From: Candidatus Krumholzibacteriota bacterium | Lineage (GTDB): Bacteria; Krumholzibacteriota; Krumholzibacteriia; JAJRXK01 | Assembly: GCA_963806035.1 (NCBI GenBank) | Contig: CAWDWO010000014.1 | Span: 1 to 64,000, forward strand | Direction: 5' to 3' | DNA length: 64,000 nucleotides | In this document: positions 11,934 to 21,694 of the stretch, piece by piece | How the letters are laid out: each line of letters begins with the position of its first letter | Numbering within the stretch: the first letter of the stretch is position 1 | The notes under the pieces: generated by a model | What the model saw: only the letters and a program-made list of their open reading frames with translations | Databases searched by the model: none | Told to the model about the DNA's origin: nothing | Program-made: the position numbers and the translations under genes

Positions 11934-14900
11934 TCACTTCAACAAAATCATCTTCTTCGTATCGCTGAAGTCCTGTGCCTCGAGGCGATAGGTATACACC
12001 CCCGAAGCAACACGGCGGCCACGGCTGTCGGTGCCGTCCCAGCTCACCGTCTTCTGACCACCAAGTTGCCACGTGTCCACCAGCGTCCGCACCAGCGATC
12101 CACTGAGATCGTAGACCCGCAGCGCCACGGATCCCCCGCCGGCTGGGACATCGTAGCGAATCGTCGTGCTGGGGTTGAAGGGATTCGGGACGTTGGAATA
12201 CAGAACGTACCGCGTTGACAAGCCGGGTTCTGACCCGGTGGCAACGACCGTCGGCTCACTGGCGGCACTTTCGTTTCCGGTGGAATCGACCGCGGTCACC
12301 CGATAGTAGACGTTCAGTTCATGGTGCGTTTCATCCGCCCAGCTGGTCTCGGAGAGGGAGTGCGCCAGAGTCTCCGGTGAAGGGTCGAACTCGAATTCCT
12401 TCGAACGATAGACCTTGAAATTCTTGAAGTCCGCATCGGGGCAGGCATCCCACGACAACCAGTTTCCGTTGTTGGTGTCATAGACAACGATGAAACCGGT
12501 AGGTGCCGAAGGTGCGATGTTGTCCACCGTACTGACGCTCTCGGGCTCACTCACGAACCAAAAACTCGGCGTCGTCGTGTGAGTGCTGACCACGAAGTTC
12601 GCCCAGGCCGGACCGGAAGGGGCGGAATCAGCTGGGGTGGGAATGCGCACGACATACTCATCCTGTTGCATCGCCGGCACAGATCCCACGATCTCCCAAA
12701 GACCGGGAGGAAACTTGGAGGTGGTCTTCGCTTCGCTGTAGATGAAGGTCCTGTCCTCAAAAGTGCGGAGCCCCTCGAATCCGACGAAATCCCCGGCCAT
12801 CTTGGTATGGGCCGCCAAGTCCAGCCTGACGCCCTCCTGCAAAACGCGCTTTTGCAATGCGCTGTCATCGATGCGATGGTGAATCCAGTAACCGGTCACC
12901 GGATGCGCGAGTTCATTGGTAAAGTCCAGTCCGGATCGCTTGATGGTGAGCCACGCCCAACCTCCCTGGTCATCGGGCACATCGACGAGCGATGCGATGG
13001 AGGCTGCTTGGACGCGCCAGTCGATTCTGAGATCGCTGACGGTGGGATTTACTCCGGGTTGTGTCCAGGCGTGAGTCGTGCGCCACATGAGATCCGTTCC
13101 TGCCGCGTTCATCCGGTTCCACATCCCGTCGGCGAAAACTCCCTGCCAGTTCTTTCCTCCGTCGGCGCTCAGCTCCCATGTTACGCCCTGCGTCTGCGTC
13201 GAATTCACGCGCACCTGGGTGATGGTGTCGCTCGCAGCGTCTATCACCCACGACCTTCCTCGGTTACGGATCATGTCGAATTCCATCTGGGAGCGCTGCA
13301 AGAGCTGCATCTCGGAATCGCCATTCCCCACCAGCAAATAAATTCCCGAAATCGCAAGTCCCTGGATCCTCTTTCCCGTCACGTAGCTCTCCTCGAGCTT
13401 CGGGTTCTCCGGTTGGGAGAGGTCGAGCACCACCAGCCCACCCATACCATCCGCCACATAAGCTCTCTTGCCCGAAATCTGGATGGAATAGGCCTCACCT
13501 TCTGTGTCGTAACTTCCCTTGAGCACGGGGCTGGCAGGATCGCTGACGTCCAGCACCAAGACACCCGCCTCCCTCGCCGCGATGAGGGCGTAGTTCCCGA
13601 AGAGGGCGACACCGTAGGCAAGATCTGGGGTGTCGTAGTTACCCACGATCACCGGATGGAGCGGGTCAGCGATGTCGATCACCTGAAGACCTGCCCCGGA
13701 GGCCGCGACATAGGCATAGCCTCCCCCGATCGCGATCGAGTACTCGGTACCGGGTGTGTCGCAGCTTCCTACGATGATCGGGGTGGTGGGATCAGACACA
13801 TTCACCACCTGCAGTCCCGAGGCCGCTCCCGCGACGAAGGCGTACTGGCCTTCCACTGCGACATCGCGGACATAGTCCGGCGTCGGCACGCTACTCGCGA
13901 CGACCGGGTTCTGGGGCTTGGAGATGTCGATGATCTGCAGTCCCGCCAGAGCACCCGCCACGTAAGCGTAGCTTCCTGCGATATCCATTCCCAAGGCGAA
14001 GCTCGGCAGGTTTAAACGCGTCACGAATCGTGGATGCCTGGGATCGAAGTAGTCGATCACTTGAAATCCCGCCGTCGTCGCGGTCATGAAGGCGTAGTCC
14101 CCCTCCACCGCGATCGCGTAGGCGCGCCCCGTTGGGAGGTAGCTCCCGACCTTGGTGAGCGGTGTCGCTTCGGCGATTCGAATCGACGTGAGACCGTCGT
14201 CGACGTCATTGGGCACCAAGGCGTAATTTCCCCAGAGAGTTACCCCTCTCACATCGCCGCGAGTGCCATAGTAGCCGGCGAGACTCGGAGCGTAAGGGTA
14301 CGAAATATCGAACAGATATAGATCGTCAATGTCGTTCGCCGTTAGCACGATATCACCGAACACGGCTATCTGAGAGACGAGGCCCCACGAGTTGAAACGC
14401 CCCAGGCGAAACATATCGGTAGGATTGCTGAAATCGACGATTTCCCTGTCGAGGATGATACGGTTACCCGAGAGTGCGATGGCATAATAGTCTCGCCTAT
14501 CCTGATAGGATCCTACGAACACTGGATGTGCGAGATCGGAAACGTCGACGACCTGCAGTCCCAGATCAGTTGTCGCCAAAAGGGCGAGATTCCCATAGAG
14601 GGTGATGTCGTTGACCACACCCTGCTTCTGTAGATAGTAGGTATTCACATGCACAGGGTTGGCGGGGTCGGAGATATCGACCACCTCGAAACTCGCATTG
14701 AGTGCGATGAACGCGTAGTTCCCCGCGATTTCCATGTTATACGCTGGGCCCAGGGTATCGTAGGTTCCCACGACGGCAGGACGCTTGGGATCTGAGATGT
14801 CGATGATGAGAAAGCCACTCTTGGATAGAGTCGCGTACGCGTAATGCCCTTTGATGAACGTGCGCCAGACGTGCTCTGGTAGGTTGGCGACGTAAGTAGG

Positions 14901-15200
14901 ATGCTTGGGATCTGAGATGTCGATTACGAAGAAGGTCGCGTGGGCTCCCATGAACGCGAAATTCCCCGAGCTCGCAACTGTCCCACAATAGCCTTTGATG
15001 GTGAATTGCCCCTCGCGCCTGGGAGCGAAGGGAAACAAGTGCAGCGCTCCGCCGAGAGTGTCCCACTCGGCGCTCGTATTGATCGTGTCCTCGAATGCAC
15101 TGTTGGTGAAATCTTCGTGGTATTCCAGCGTGGTCGCGTAGCTCGCCGTGGCCAAAAGCAACAGAACAGCGCTGGCCAATAGAGAGAGTGACTTTCCCAC
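11934..15200 (-). CDS. Secreted LVIVD-repeat protein with FnIII-like and FlgD-Ig/T9SS-like C-terminal domains
   Basis: Signal peptide; many GLQVIDISDPxxPxxVGxYDT repeats; PNPFNPSTTIRY...SGVY; AGGAGG RBS. Confidence 0.9.
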   Translation of the reverse strand: MGKSLSLLASAVLLLLATASYATTLEYHEDFTNSAFEDTINTSAEWDTLGGALHLFPFAPRREGQFTIKGYCGTVASSGNFAFMGAHATFFVIDISDPKHPTYVANLPEHVWRTFIKGHYAYATLSKSGFLIIDISDPKRPAVVGTYDTLGPAYNMEIAGNYAFIALNASFEVVDISDPANPVHVNTYYLQKQGVVNDITLYGNLALLATTDLGLQVVDVSDLAHPVFVGSYQDRRDYYAIALSGNRIILDREIVDFSNPTDMFRLGRFNSWGLVSQIAVFGDIVLTANDIDDLYLFDISYPYAPSLAGYYGTRGDVRGVTLWGNYALVPNDVDDGLTSIRIAEATPLTKVGSYLPTGRAYAIAVEGDYAFMTATTAGFQVIDYFDPRHPRFVTRLNLPSFALGMDIAGSYAYVAGALAGLQIIDISKPQNPVVASSVPTPDYVRDVAVEGQYAFVAGAASGLQVVNVSDPTTPIIVGSCDTPGTEYSIAIGGGYAYVAASGAGLQVIDIADPLHPVIVGNYDTPDLAYGVALFGNYALIAAREAGVLVLDVSDPASPVLKGSYDTEGEAYSIQISGKRAYVADGMGGLVVLDLSQPENPKLEESYVTGKRIQGLAISGIYLLVGNGDSEMQLLQRSQMEFDMIRNRGRSWVIDAASDTITQVRVNSTQTQGVTWELSADGGKNWQGVFADGMWNRMNAAGTDLMWRTTHAWTQPGVNPTVSDLRIDWRVQAASIASLVDVPDDQGGWAWLTIKRSGLDFTNELAHPVTGYWIHHRIDDSALQKRVLQEGVRLDLAAHTKMAGDFVGFEGLRTFEDRTFIYSEAKTTSKFPPGLWEIVGSVPAMQQDEYVVRIPTPADSAPSGPAWANFVVSTHTTTPSFWFVSEPESVSTVDNIAPSAPTGFIVVYDTNNGNWLSWDACPDADFKNFKVYRSKEFEFDPSPETLAHSLSETSWADETHHELNVYYRVTAVDSTGNESAASEPTVVATGSEPGLSTRYVLYSNVPNPFNPSTTIRYDVPAGGGSVALRVYDLSGSLVRTLVDTWQLGGQKTVSWDGTDSRGRRVASGVYTYRLEAQDFSDTKKMILLK

Positions 15201-15342
15201 CGCCGCACCTCCTAGGAGGGAATGAAGTGCGGGAGCCTCACGGATATTCGCAATCTACGCGCTGACCTTGCCCGCCATCAACAGTTGCTAGGATCGCACC
15301 CTCCCTGCCGCCGATCGGCCCCATTTCCACCGCAAAAAAAAG

Positions 15343-15395
15343 TTGACCCACGCCATTTTCTCTCTAGTATTTGAAAACGATTCTCAATTTCAATT
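15343..15395 (+). promoter_or_regulatory. Sigma70 promoter with overlapping Fur-like box
   Basis: A-tract, TTGACC 15343-15348, TAGTAT 15365-15370, then TTGAAAACGATTCTCAA 15371-15387 (imperfect inverted repeat like the 7-1-7 Fur box). Confidence 0.7.
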
Positions 15396-15451
15396 AGAAA
15401 TCAGGACCAATCAGGGGGCCCCGTGCCCCACCCCACAGGAGGAAAAAGCCC

Positions 15452-16261
15452 ATGAAATGGCTTCGAATGGCGGGTTTTACGGCCATGCTCTGTCTCGTCA
15501 CGCTCGGCGCCCTGCACTCGCACGCCCGGGCCAGCGAGCGCCGCTTCACCTATACCTACGGCTCCAGCGTGGTGAATCCCGGCGGGATCGAGTTCGAGCC
15601 CTGGACCACCTTCCGCAGCGGGCGCGACGGCTTCTACAACCGCTTCGACCACCGCTTCGAGTTCGAGCTGGGCCTCAGCGATCGCCTGCAGACCGCCTGG
15701 TACTTCAATTTCTCCTCCATCCTGATGGACGAGGGCAGCGAGCGCGTCAGCGAGTTCGAGTGGACCGGCATCTCCTGGGAATGGAAGTACAAGTTGCTCG
15801 ATCCGGTCGCCGATCCGCTGGGGATGGCTCTGTACCTGGAACCGGGACTCTCGACCGGGGAGGCCGAGCTCGAGACCAAGTTCATCGTGGACAAGCACGT
15901 GGGCAACAGCTATGGCGCCTTCAACCTGACCCTCGAGCACGAGTGGGAGTACGAGGAGCAGGACGAAACCGAGCACGAGATGAGTCTCCAATTCAACCTG
16001 GGTCTGGCCTACTTCCTCAGCTCCTCCCTCTCGGCCGGCATCGAGGTGCGCAACCACAACCAGTTTCCCGGGGGCGAGGGCCTGGAATACTCCGCCCTCT
16101 TCGCGGGCCCCGTGATCAGCTATGCCGCCAGCAACTGGTGGGCAACTCTCACCCTCATGCCCCAGCTTCCCGCGCTGAAGAAGAGTGAATCCGGCGGCTC
16201 GCTCATTCTTGACGAGCACGAGCGCTACAACGCGCGCCTGATCTTCGGGATCGACCTGTGA
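15452..16261 (+). CDS. Exported beta-barrel protein, DUF6662-like
   Basis: Signal peptide; RFEFELGLSDRLQTAWY, EWKYKLLDP, GMALYLE, ELETKFIVDK; alternating aromatic strands; AGGAGG RBS. Confidence 0.7.
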   Translation: MKWLRMAGFTAMLCLVTLGALHSHARASERRFTYTYGSSVVNPGGIEFEPWTTFRSGRDGFYNRFDHRFEFELGLSDRLQTAWYFNFSSILMDEGSERVSEFEWTGISWEWKYKLLDPVADPLGMALYLEPGLSTGEAELETKFIVDKHVGNSYGAFNLTLEHEWEYEEQDETEHEMSLQFNLGLAYFLSSSLSAGIEVRNHNQFPGGEGLEYSALFAGPVISYAASNWWATLTLMPQLPALKKSESGGSLILDEHERYNARLIFGIDL

Positions 16262-16272
16262 GGAGAAGAGCG

Positions 16273-16605
16273 ATGCGACTACGCCTTGTCTTGATCGGTG
16301 TGCTTGGAATCATTACCGCCGGTTGTGCGACCACCATCCTCCAGCCCACACCGGCGGATGTGCAGTGGGCGCAGACTCGCTGGCCTTCGGTCACGCTGGA
16401 GGATCTTCAGGACGGCCGCAGCCTCTACGTACAGAAGTGCGCGAGTTGTCATCACCTACGCGATCCCGCCAAATACGAGCCCGGCCGCTGGCCCGAGCTC
16501 TTGGCGAAGATGCAGCCCAAGGCGAAGATCGACGAGGCCGAGGTGCAGCTCCTCGTATGGTATCTGAGTACGGCGAGCGAACGCGCTCGCAACAAGGTGG
16601 AGTGA
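16273..16605 (+). CDS. Monoheme c-type cytochrome lipoprotein
   Basis: Lipobox ITAGC; CASCH heme motif; WP..L..M candidate distal Met; AGGAG RBS at 16261. Confidence 0.85.
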   Translation: MRLRLVLIGVLGIITAGCATTILQPTPADVQWAQTRWPSVTLEDLQDGRSLYVQKCASCHHLRDPAKYEPGRWPELLAKMQPKAKIDEAEVQLLVWYLSTASERARNKVE

Positions 16606-16718
16606 ACCACGGGCTGACCCTGCCACTAAATCCATCCGGCCTCGAATGCAGGCTCAGCTTGCCTTCGCCCAGATGGTCGTGAGCGGCCCCGTCAGGGACC
16701 GTAGCCAGCCGCTCCGGA

Positions 16719-17747
16719 TCACCGCGTGGTGTCTGCCTCCATGCGCGCCCGTCGCAACCGCCGCCACGCGCCCGGCGATACGCCGACCATTCGCTTGAAC
16801 GCCCTCGAGAATGCTGCCTCGTTCTTGTAACCTACGTCGAATGCAATCTCGATTACTTTCGCATCCGTATCACGCAGCTGCGCGGAGGCCAGTTGCATCC
16901 TCCATTCGGTCAAGTATTGCATCGGTGGTTGCCCAATAAAGTGAACGAAATGCTCGTGTAGCGTCGAACGCGAAACCGCCGCCTCCTCGCTCAGTCGCTG
17001 GACCGTCCATGGTTCTGCCGGTCGATCGTGCATGAGCGCAAGCACGCGCCCGATGGCCTCGTCACGGAGTCCCGCCAGCCAGCCTGGCTGGTCATGTGGT
17101 AGTGCATCTGCGTATCGGCGCACCACCTCCACAAAGAGCATTTCGCTCATACGTTCGAGGACGGCCTCTCCGCCCGGCCGTTTGCGGCTCGACTCCTCGA
17201 CCACAGATCGTAGGAAGTTCGCGACCCACGAGCTGGAATCGGTGGCAATTCCCGCCATACGCAAAACTCTTGGCATCGAGGCGAGAAGTGGGTTGAAGGG
17301 ACTCGCGTCGCAACCCAAAAAGCCGCAGACCACGGTCGTCTTCTGGCCACCACCACCCTCGAGCTGAGCAACGGCGGCGCTCTCACCGGAAACATTGAGG
17401 CAGTATGGCAATTGTGGAGGTCGAGGCGCGAACTTTAGCCCGGCATCGTGGATGCTCGCTCGCATTCCCGGCGCGCTCGACATGACGTGGGCATCGCCGT
17501 GTGGAAACAGCACGACGTCGCCCTCATGCAGACGAACCGGCTCGCCGCCCACGATTGTCGCCCAGCACGAACCGCTGGCGATCCCGTGGAACTCCATCAT
17601 GTGTTCGACGCCGGGCATGATTCGGGGGATGAGGTCCCGCGAATGGGAGGTCTCGACGACCCAAGGGTCGGATCCCTTGATGTAAAAGAAGAACGCGCCT
17701 CGCAGCCGAACAGCGCGTAACAAGTCGGAAAGAATATCGCGGCTCAC
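16719..17747 (-). CDS. AraC family regulator with Cupin_6 domain
   Basis: DILSDLLRAVRL, GDVVLFPHG, PWTVQRLS, PPMQYLTEWRM, VGYKNEAAFSRAFKR. Confidence 0.93.
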   Translation of the reverse strand: MSRDILSDLLRAVRLRGAFFFYIKGSDPWVVETSHSRDLIPRIMPGVEHMMEFHGIASGSCWATIVGGEPVRLHEGDVVLFPHGDAHVMSSAPGMRASIHDAGLKFAPRPPQLPYCLNVSGESAAVAQLEGGGGQKTTVVCGFLGCDASPFNPLLASMPRVLRMAGIATDSSSWVANFLRSVVEESSRKRPGGEAVLERMSEMLFVEVVRRYADALPHDQPGWLAGLRDEAIGRVLALMHDRPAEPWTVQRLSEEAAVSRSTLHEHFVHFIGQPPMQYLTEWRMQLASAQLRDTDAKVIEIAFDVGYKNEAAFSRAFKRMVGVSPGAWRRLRRARMEADTTR

Positions 17748-17963
17748 GCGCTCCTCACAAATCCGTCCCGACCGCTGGGGGATCACTTCCGGACGAACAG
17801 CACAATTCTACCGACACTAGGCAGTGTGTCAAGCCAACCACTTGCGGCATGTTAGGTTTGGCGCGAAGGGGAGCAACCCGATCCGCCCTAGTGGTGAGGG
17901 ATTCGGCGTCCCCTCACGCGGTGTATGTCGAACAGCAGACGCCAAACCAGGAGGATTGGAGAC

Positions 17964-18389
17964 ATGGGTCAATCGGGGATTGAGCATCGGGCACGACTCG
18001 GGTCCGGTTCTCGAAAGAACACGAAACGGTGGGCTTCTTCTCTCTTACTGGCCGGGGTGATCGCTGCGCTGGTAGCGTGCGGAAGCGATTCCGGTGGCGG
18101 CTACACGACCGCGCCTCCCTCTGGAGGCAAGGAGCTCGACTCCGGCGACATCAGCCCCGGAGCCACTTACCAGCATCGCTTCGCGAGCGCGGGTTCGTTT
18201 CCCTACCACTGCATATATCACGCTCCGATGACCGGAACGGTCGAGGTATCGACCGCTGCGGCAGACACGCTCGTGAACGTCAGTATCACGAGCAGCTCTG
18301 CCCCATTCCCTGCGGCCTCTGTCAAACCGGGCGGGAGAGTGATCTGGACCAACAACACGAGCGTGGTGCACACCGTCACCAGCGACTGA
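17964..18389 (+). CDS. Cupredoxin (plastocyanin/amicyanin-like) lipoprotein with permuted halves
   Basis: AGGAGG RBS; lipobox LVAC; YHCIYHAPMTGTV precedes VIWTNNTSVVHTVTSD. Confidence 0.8.
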   Translation: MGQSGIEHRARLGSGSRKNTKRWASSLLLAGVIAALVACGSDSGGGYTTAPPSGGKELDSGDISPGATYQHRFASAGSFPYHCIYHAPMTGTVEVSTAAADTLVNVSITSSSAPFPAASVKPGGRVIWTNNTSVVHTVTSD

Positions 18390-18512
18390 GCTGTCCCTAG
18401 CACCAAGTCCATGCGGCGCCCGAGCACTCGCAGCTGATGGTGAAGGGCGATGGAGTATTTGGTAGGCACGGGCCGGGCGAGTCTTGGAGATCCTCTAGAT
18501 GAAGGGAATCTC

Positions 18513-19475
18513 ATGAAACGATTTCACGTTTTCACCCTCGTAACTTCGTTCCTCCTACTGAGCTCGACTGCCTGGGCCAGTGTCCACTTGATGCAGATTG
18601 AGAGAGTAATCGCAGGAATTGACGGAGACACTTCGGCGCAGGCGGTCCAATTACGCATGCGCTCTGCGTTCCAGAACCAAACCCAGCTGGCACGTCTGGT
18701 CGCATACGATGCGGCTGGCCTGAACCCTGTCATTCTTTCCGCGCCGAGCACTACCGTCCCCAACAGTTCCGCGGGAGACCGAATCCTGTTCTGCACCAGC
18801 GCCTTCGCGGCCGATACGGATCCAATGACGGCACCCGATTTTACGATGGCGCCGATTCCCTCCTCTTACCTCGCTGCAGGCAGTCTCACTTGGGAGAGCA
18901 CCACGGGAAGCGTTTACTGGCGGCTCAGCTGGGGAGGATCTTCTTACACCGGTGACACCACGGGAACCACCTTCAACGATGCGGATGGTCAATTCGCCCC
19001 GGGCTACGCTTCCGCACTGCCCTCGGCAGGGACGGTTGCGGTGAGCTTCCTCGGAACGGCGACGGATTTGAGCACCAATAACGCCAACGATTACGCACTC
19101 ACCGCAGACAATGCGGAGTTTACAAACAACGCTGGTGACGCTTTCACGGTGCAGTCGACGGTCACTGCAGTAGAGTCGTTACCTAGCTTGGCTACGGGGG
19201 TGGAAATGCAGCCGGCCTTTCCCAACCCATTCAATCCGCGCACGAGCGTGCGCTTCGATCTGGCCGAGGCGAGGCGGGTTTCCCTAAAGGTGTACGATCT
19301 CGACGGGCGACTTGTAGACGTCCTGTTCAACGGAGTACAGCCATCGGGCCCTCAGCTACGAAGCTGGGCCGGGACGGATCTTCAAGGGCACAGTGTGGCA
19401 TCCGGCGTTTACCTCATCCGGCTCGAGACTGAGGATGGATCGGTCGCGAGTCAGAGAGTGACCCTGGTGAAGTAA
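18513..19475 (+). CDS. Secreted protein with FlgD-Ig/T9SS-like CTD
   Basis: Signal peptide ending AWA; FPNPFNPRTSVRF...ASGVYLIRL. Confidence 0.85.
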   Translation: MKRFHVFTLVTSFLLLSSTAWASVHLMQIERVIAGIDGDTSAQAVQLRMRSAFQNQTQLARLVAYDAAGLNPVILSAPSTTVPNSSAGDRILFCTSAFAADTDPMTAPDFTMAPIPSSYLAAGSLTWESTTGSVYWRLSWGGSSYTGDTTGTTFNDADGQFAPGYASALPSAGTVAVSFLGTATDLSTNNANDYALTADNAEFTNNAGDAFTVQSTVTAVESLPSLATGVEMQPAFPNPFNPRTSVRFDLAEARRVSLKVYDLDGRLVDVLFNGVQPSGPQLRSWAGTDLQGHSVASGVYLIRLETEDGSVASQRVTLVK

Positions 19476-19589
19476 TCCGAAATTGAGGCAAGTCGTCCGG
19501 TGTACAGCGTTGTTCGTGATCCTGCTCGCGGGCGGAGCGGGGCCGGATATTCAGTATCGAAGACCGAGTTTCGATGGTATTTTCCGCGC

Positions 19590-20156
19590 GTGGACTACGG
19601 ACTGATCATCTTTCTCGCCGTCGGACTCGCGATGGATGCAACCGCTGTGTCGGCAGCGCGTGGATTTGCCGTCAACCAATTGCGCGTGCGTAATGTCGTG
19701 ACGATAGCGCTCTTCTTCGGTGGCTTTCAGGCGATCATGCCTGCCATCGGCTGGATCGTGGGGTCACATTTTGGTCCGGTCGTCGAAAATTGGGATCACT
19801 GGATCGCATTTTTCCTATTGACCGGAATCGGGGGCAGAATGCTCTGGGAATCTCTTCGACCGCCAAAGTCCGAGCTGCCCAGTCGAGGCGACCCCTTCGG
19901 AACGAAGGTGATCCTCCTCTTGGCGATCGCAACGAGCATCGATGCGCTGGCCGCGGGGATCTCGCTGCCCATGCTGCATCAACCGCTCTTGCCTTCGATC
20001 CTCATCATCGGAGTAATCACCGCCGTGTTGAGCGCCAGCGGTCTCTTCGCGGGCCGTCGTTTCGGGGCGATGCTCGGAGTACGCCTCGATGCAACCGGAG
20101 GTATCGTCCTCGTGGTAATTGGCTGCAAAATTCTCATCCAGCACCTGACTACCTGA
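19590..20156 (+). CDS. mntP: Manganese efflux pump MntP family
   Basis: GLAMDATAVS, FGGFQAIMP, WDHWIAF, ATSIDALAAG. Confidence 0.92.
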   Translation: MDYGLIIFLAVGLAMDATAVSAARGFAVNQLRVRNVVTIALFFGGFQAIMPAIGWIVGSHFGPVVENWDHWIAFFLLTGIGGRMLWESLRPPKSELPSRGDPFGTKVILLLAIATSIDALAAGISLPMLHQPLLPSILIIGVITAVLSASGLFAGRRFGAMLGVRLDATGGIVLVVIGCKILIQHLTT

Positions 20157-20189
20157 TTGCGCTTCGGGTCATGCAAATGGAGAGATAAG

Positions 20190-20795
20190 ATGCAACTGAA
20201 ACGGATGAATTCGGCGGCCCTGGTCCTGGTCCTGATCTTTCTCTTGCGGCTCACCCCCGCCCTGGCGCGTGAGTACGACGTCAATCTTCAGGCCAAGCGC
20301 GACGTCCGCTTCCGCTCGACCACCGACGTCAACGAATTCGAGGGCGTCACCGATCACATCGACGGCTACGTACTGTTGCCCGACACCGCTCCTCCGCTGG
20401 GAGAAGATGCAAAGGATTCTGAGCTGCACTTCGAGGTCGAGCTTGCCAGCCTGGATACCGGCATCGGACTCCGCAACCGCCACATGCGCGACAATTACTT
20501 GCAAGTAGAGAAGTACCCCTACGCCGTCTTCAGTGGTACAGTCGCCCATTTGGAATCCGCGAGCGGGGACACGCTTCAGGTGACGGCCAAGGGTGAAATG
20601 CAAATCCACGGAAAGAAAAAGCAGATGAGCATTCCCTGTACCGTGAGTCCCGAGGACTCTGGCTACCGGGTGCACGGCGCGTTCACCGTGCTCCTCTCCG
20701 ATTTCGACATCTCGATTCCCAAGATCATGTTTCTCCAACTCGACAATGAGATTCACCTGGAAGTAGACTTCGCGATCGAGCCGATCAAGGACTAG
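20190..20795 (+). CDS. YceI family exported protein
   Basis: SLDTGIGLRNRHMRDNYL..KYPYAVF, GEMQIHG, LSDFDISIP. Confidence 0.9.
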   Translation: MQLKRMNSAALVLVLIFLLRLTPALAREYDVNLQAKRDVRFRSTTDVNEFEGVTDHIDGYVLLPDTAPPLGEDAKDSELHFEVELASLDTGIGLRNRHMRDNYLQVEKYPYAVFSGTVAHLESASGDTLQVTAKGEMQIHGKKKQMSIPCTVSPEDSGYRVHGAFTVLLSDFDISIPKIMFLQLDNEIHLEVDFAIEPIKD

Positions 20796-20809
20796 CTGGG
20801 AGGCGCTTT

Positions 20810-21670
20810 ATGAAGCTACGAAGCATGATCGCGGCACTTCTCGTGCTGAGCTTCACCCCCACCGTGCTCTATGCCATGGAACAGTCCGTGGGATGGCATC
20901 GTAGGGAGGACACCACTGCTCTTCCCATCACCGTCTTTCACTCCACGCAATCGGCCAATCTGCCTACGGCCCAGACCATCTTCAAGGGCGAGTGGCAGTT
21001 CGAGATCTCGCACCGCTTCCAGCCTCCATTCTCGGCCGGGAGCGATGCGCTGTGGGGACTCGACGGACCCATTTACAACCGTCTGGGTCTCTCGTACGGG
21101 GTGACGGATCGCGTCATGCTGTCCGTCCTTCGAAGCAATCTCGAGGACAACCTGGAACTCGGCGCCAAGTGGCGCTTTCGCGAAGGTCATTTCAAGGCGG
21201 TGCCGTATCAACTCGCCGTCAAGGGCGGGCTCGCGTCCAACACCTCGACAGGACCCTCCTACGGACCCGGATACAGAAACAGGGAAGCACAGTCCTACGC
21301 CCAGTTCATTCTCGATGCTCTTCTGGCCGACCGTCTCGCGCTGGGCGTGGTGACTTCCTATCTCAACAACGCTCAGATCGCCGACACGAGGACCCTCAAC
21401 GAAGTCACGGTGGGCCTCAACGCCCAGCTGTACCTCGCGCGCATGTTCAGCGTCTTCACCGAGTGGAATGCCTCCAAGAGTTACGAGGGGCTCAGGCACG
21501 ACGCCCTGACCTTCGGCCTGGAGATCGAAACCGGCGGTCATTTCTTCAAGCTGATGGCCAGCAATAGCGAGCGACCGAATCCCACGCAGTTTCTCGGGGG
21601 AACCCCCATTGCCTTCACGCCGCACGAGTGGCGCTTCGGCTTCAACCTGACGCGGATTCTGCGGTTCTGA
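20810..21670 (+). CDS. DUF5777-like outer-membrane beta-barrel
   Basis: FEISHRF, LWGLDG, LGLSYG, EIETGGHFFKL, FGFNLTR, terminal F. Confidence 0.8.
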   Translation: MKLRSMIAALLVLSFTPTVLYAMEQSVGWHRREDTTALPITVFHSTQSANLPTAQTIFKGEWQFEISHRFQPPFSAGSDALWGLDGPIYNRLGLSYGVTDRVMLSVLRSNLEDNLELGAKWRFREGHFKAVPYQLAVKGGLASNTSTGPSYGPGYRNREAQSYAQFILDALLADRLALGVVTSYLNNAQIADTRTLNEVTVGLNAQLYLARMFSVFTEWNASKSYEGLRHDALTFGLEIETGGHFFKLMASNSERPNPTQFLGGTPIAFTPHEWRFGFNLTRILRF

Positions 21671-21694
21671 GGCAGCGCCCCTTTTCGCCGGGCC

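Noticed and set aside
19476..19589. yybP-ykoY Mn riboswitch upstream of mntP
   Set aside because: Conserved motifs were not recognisable by eye; an Rfam search is needed
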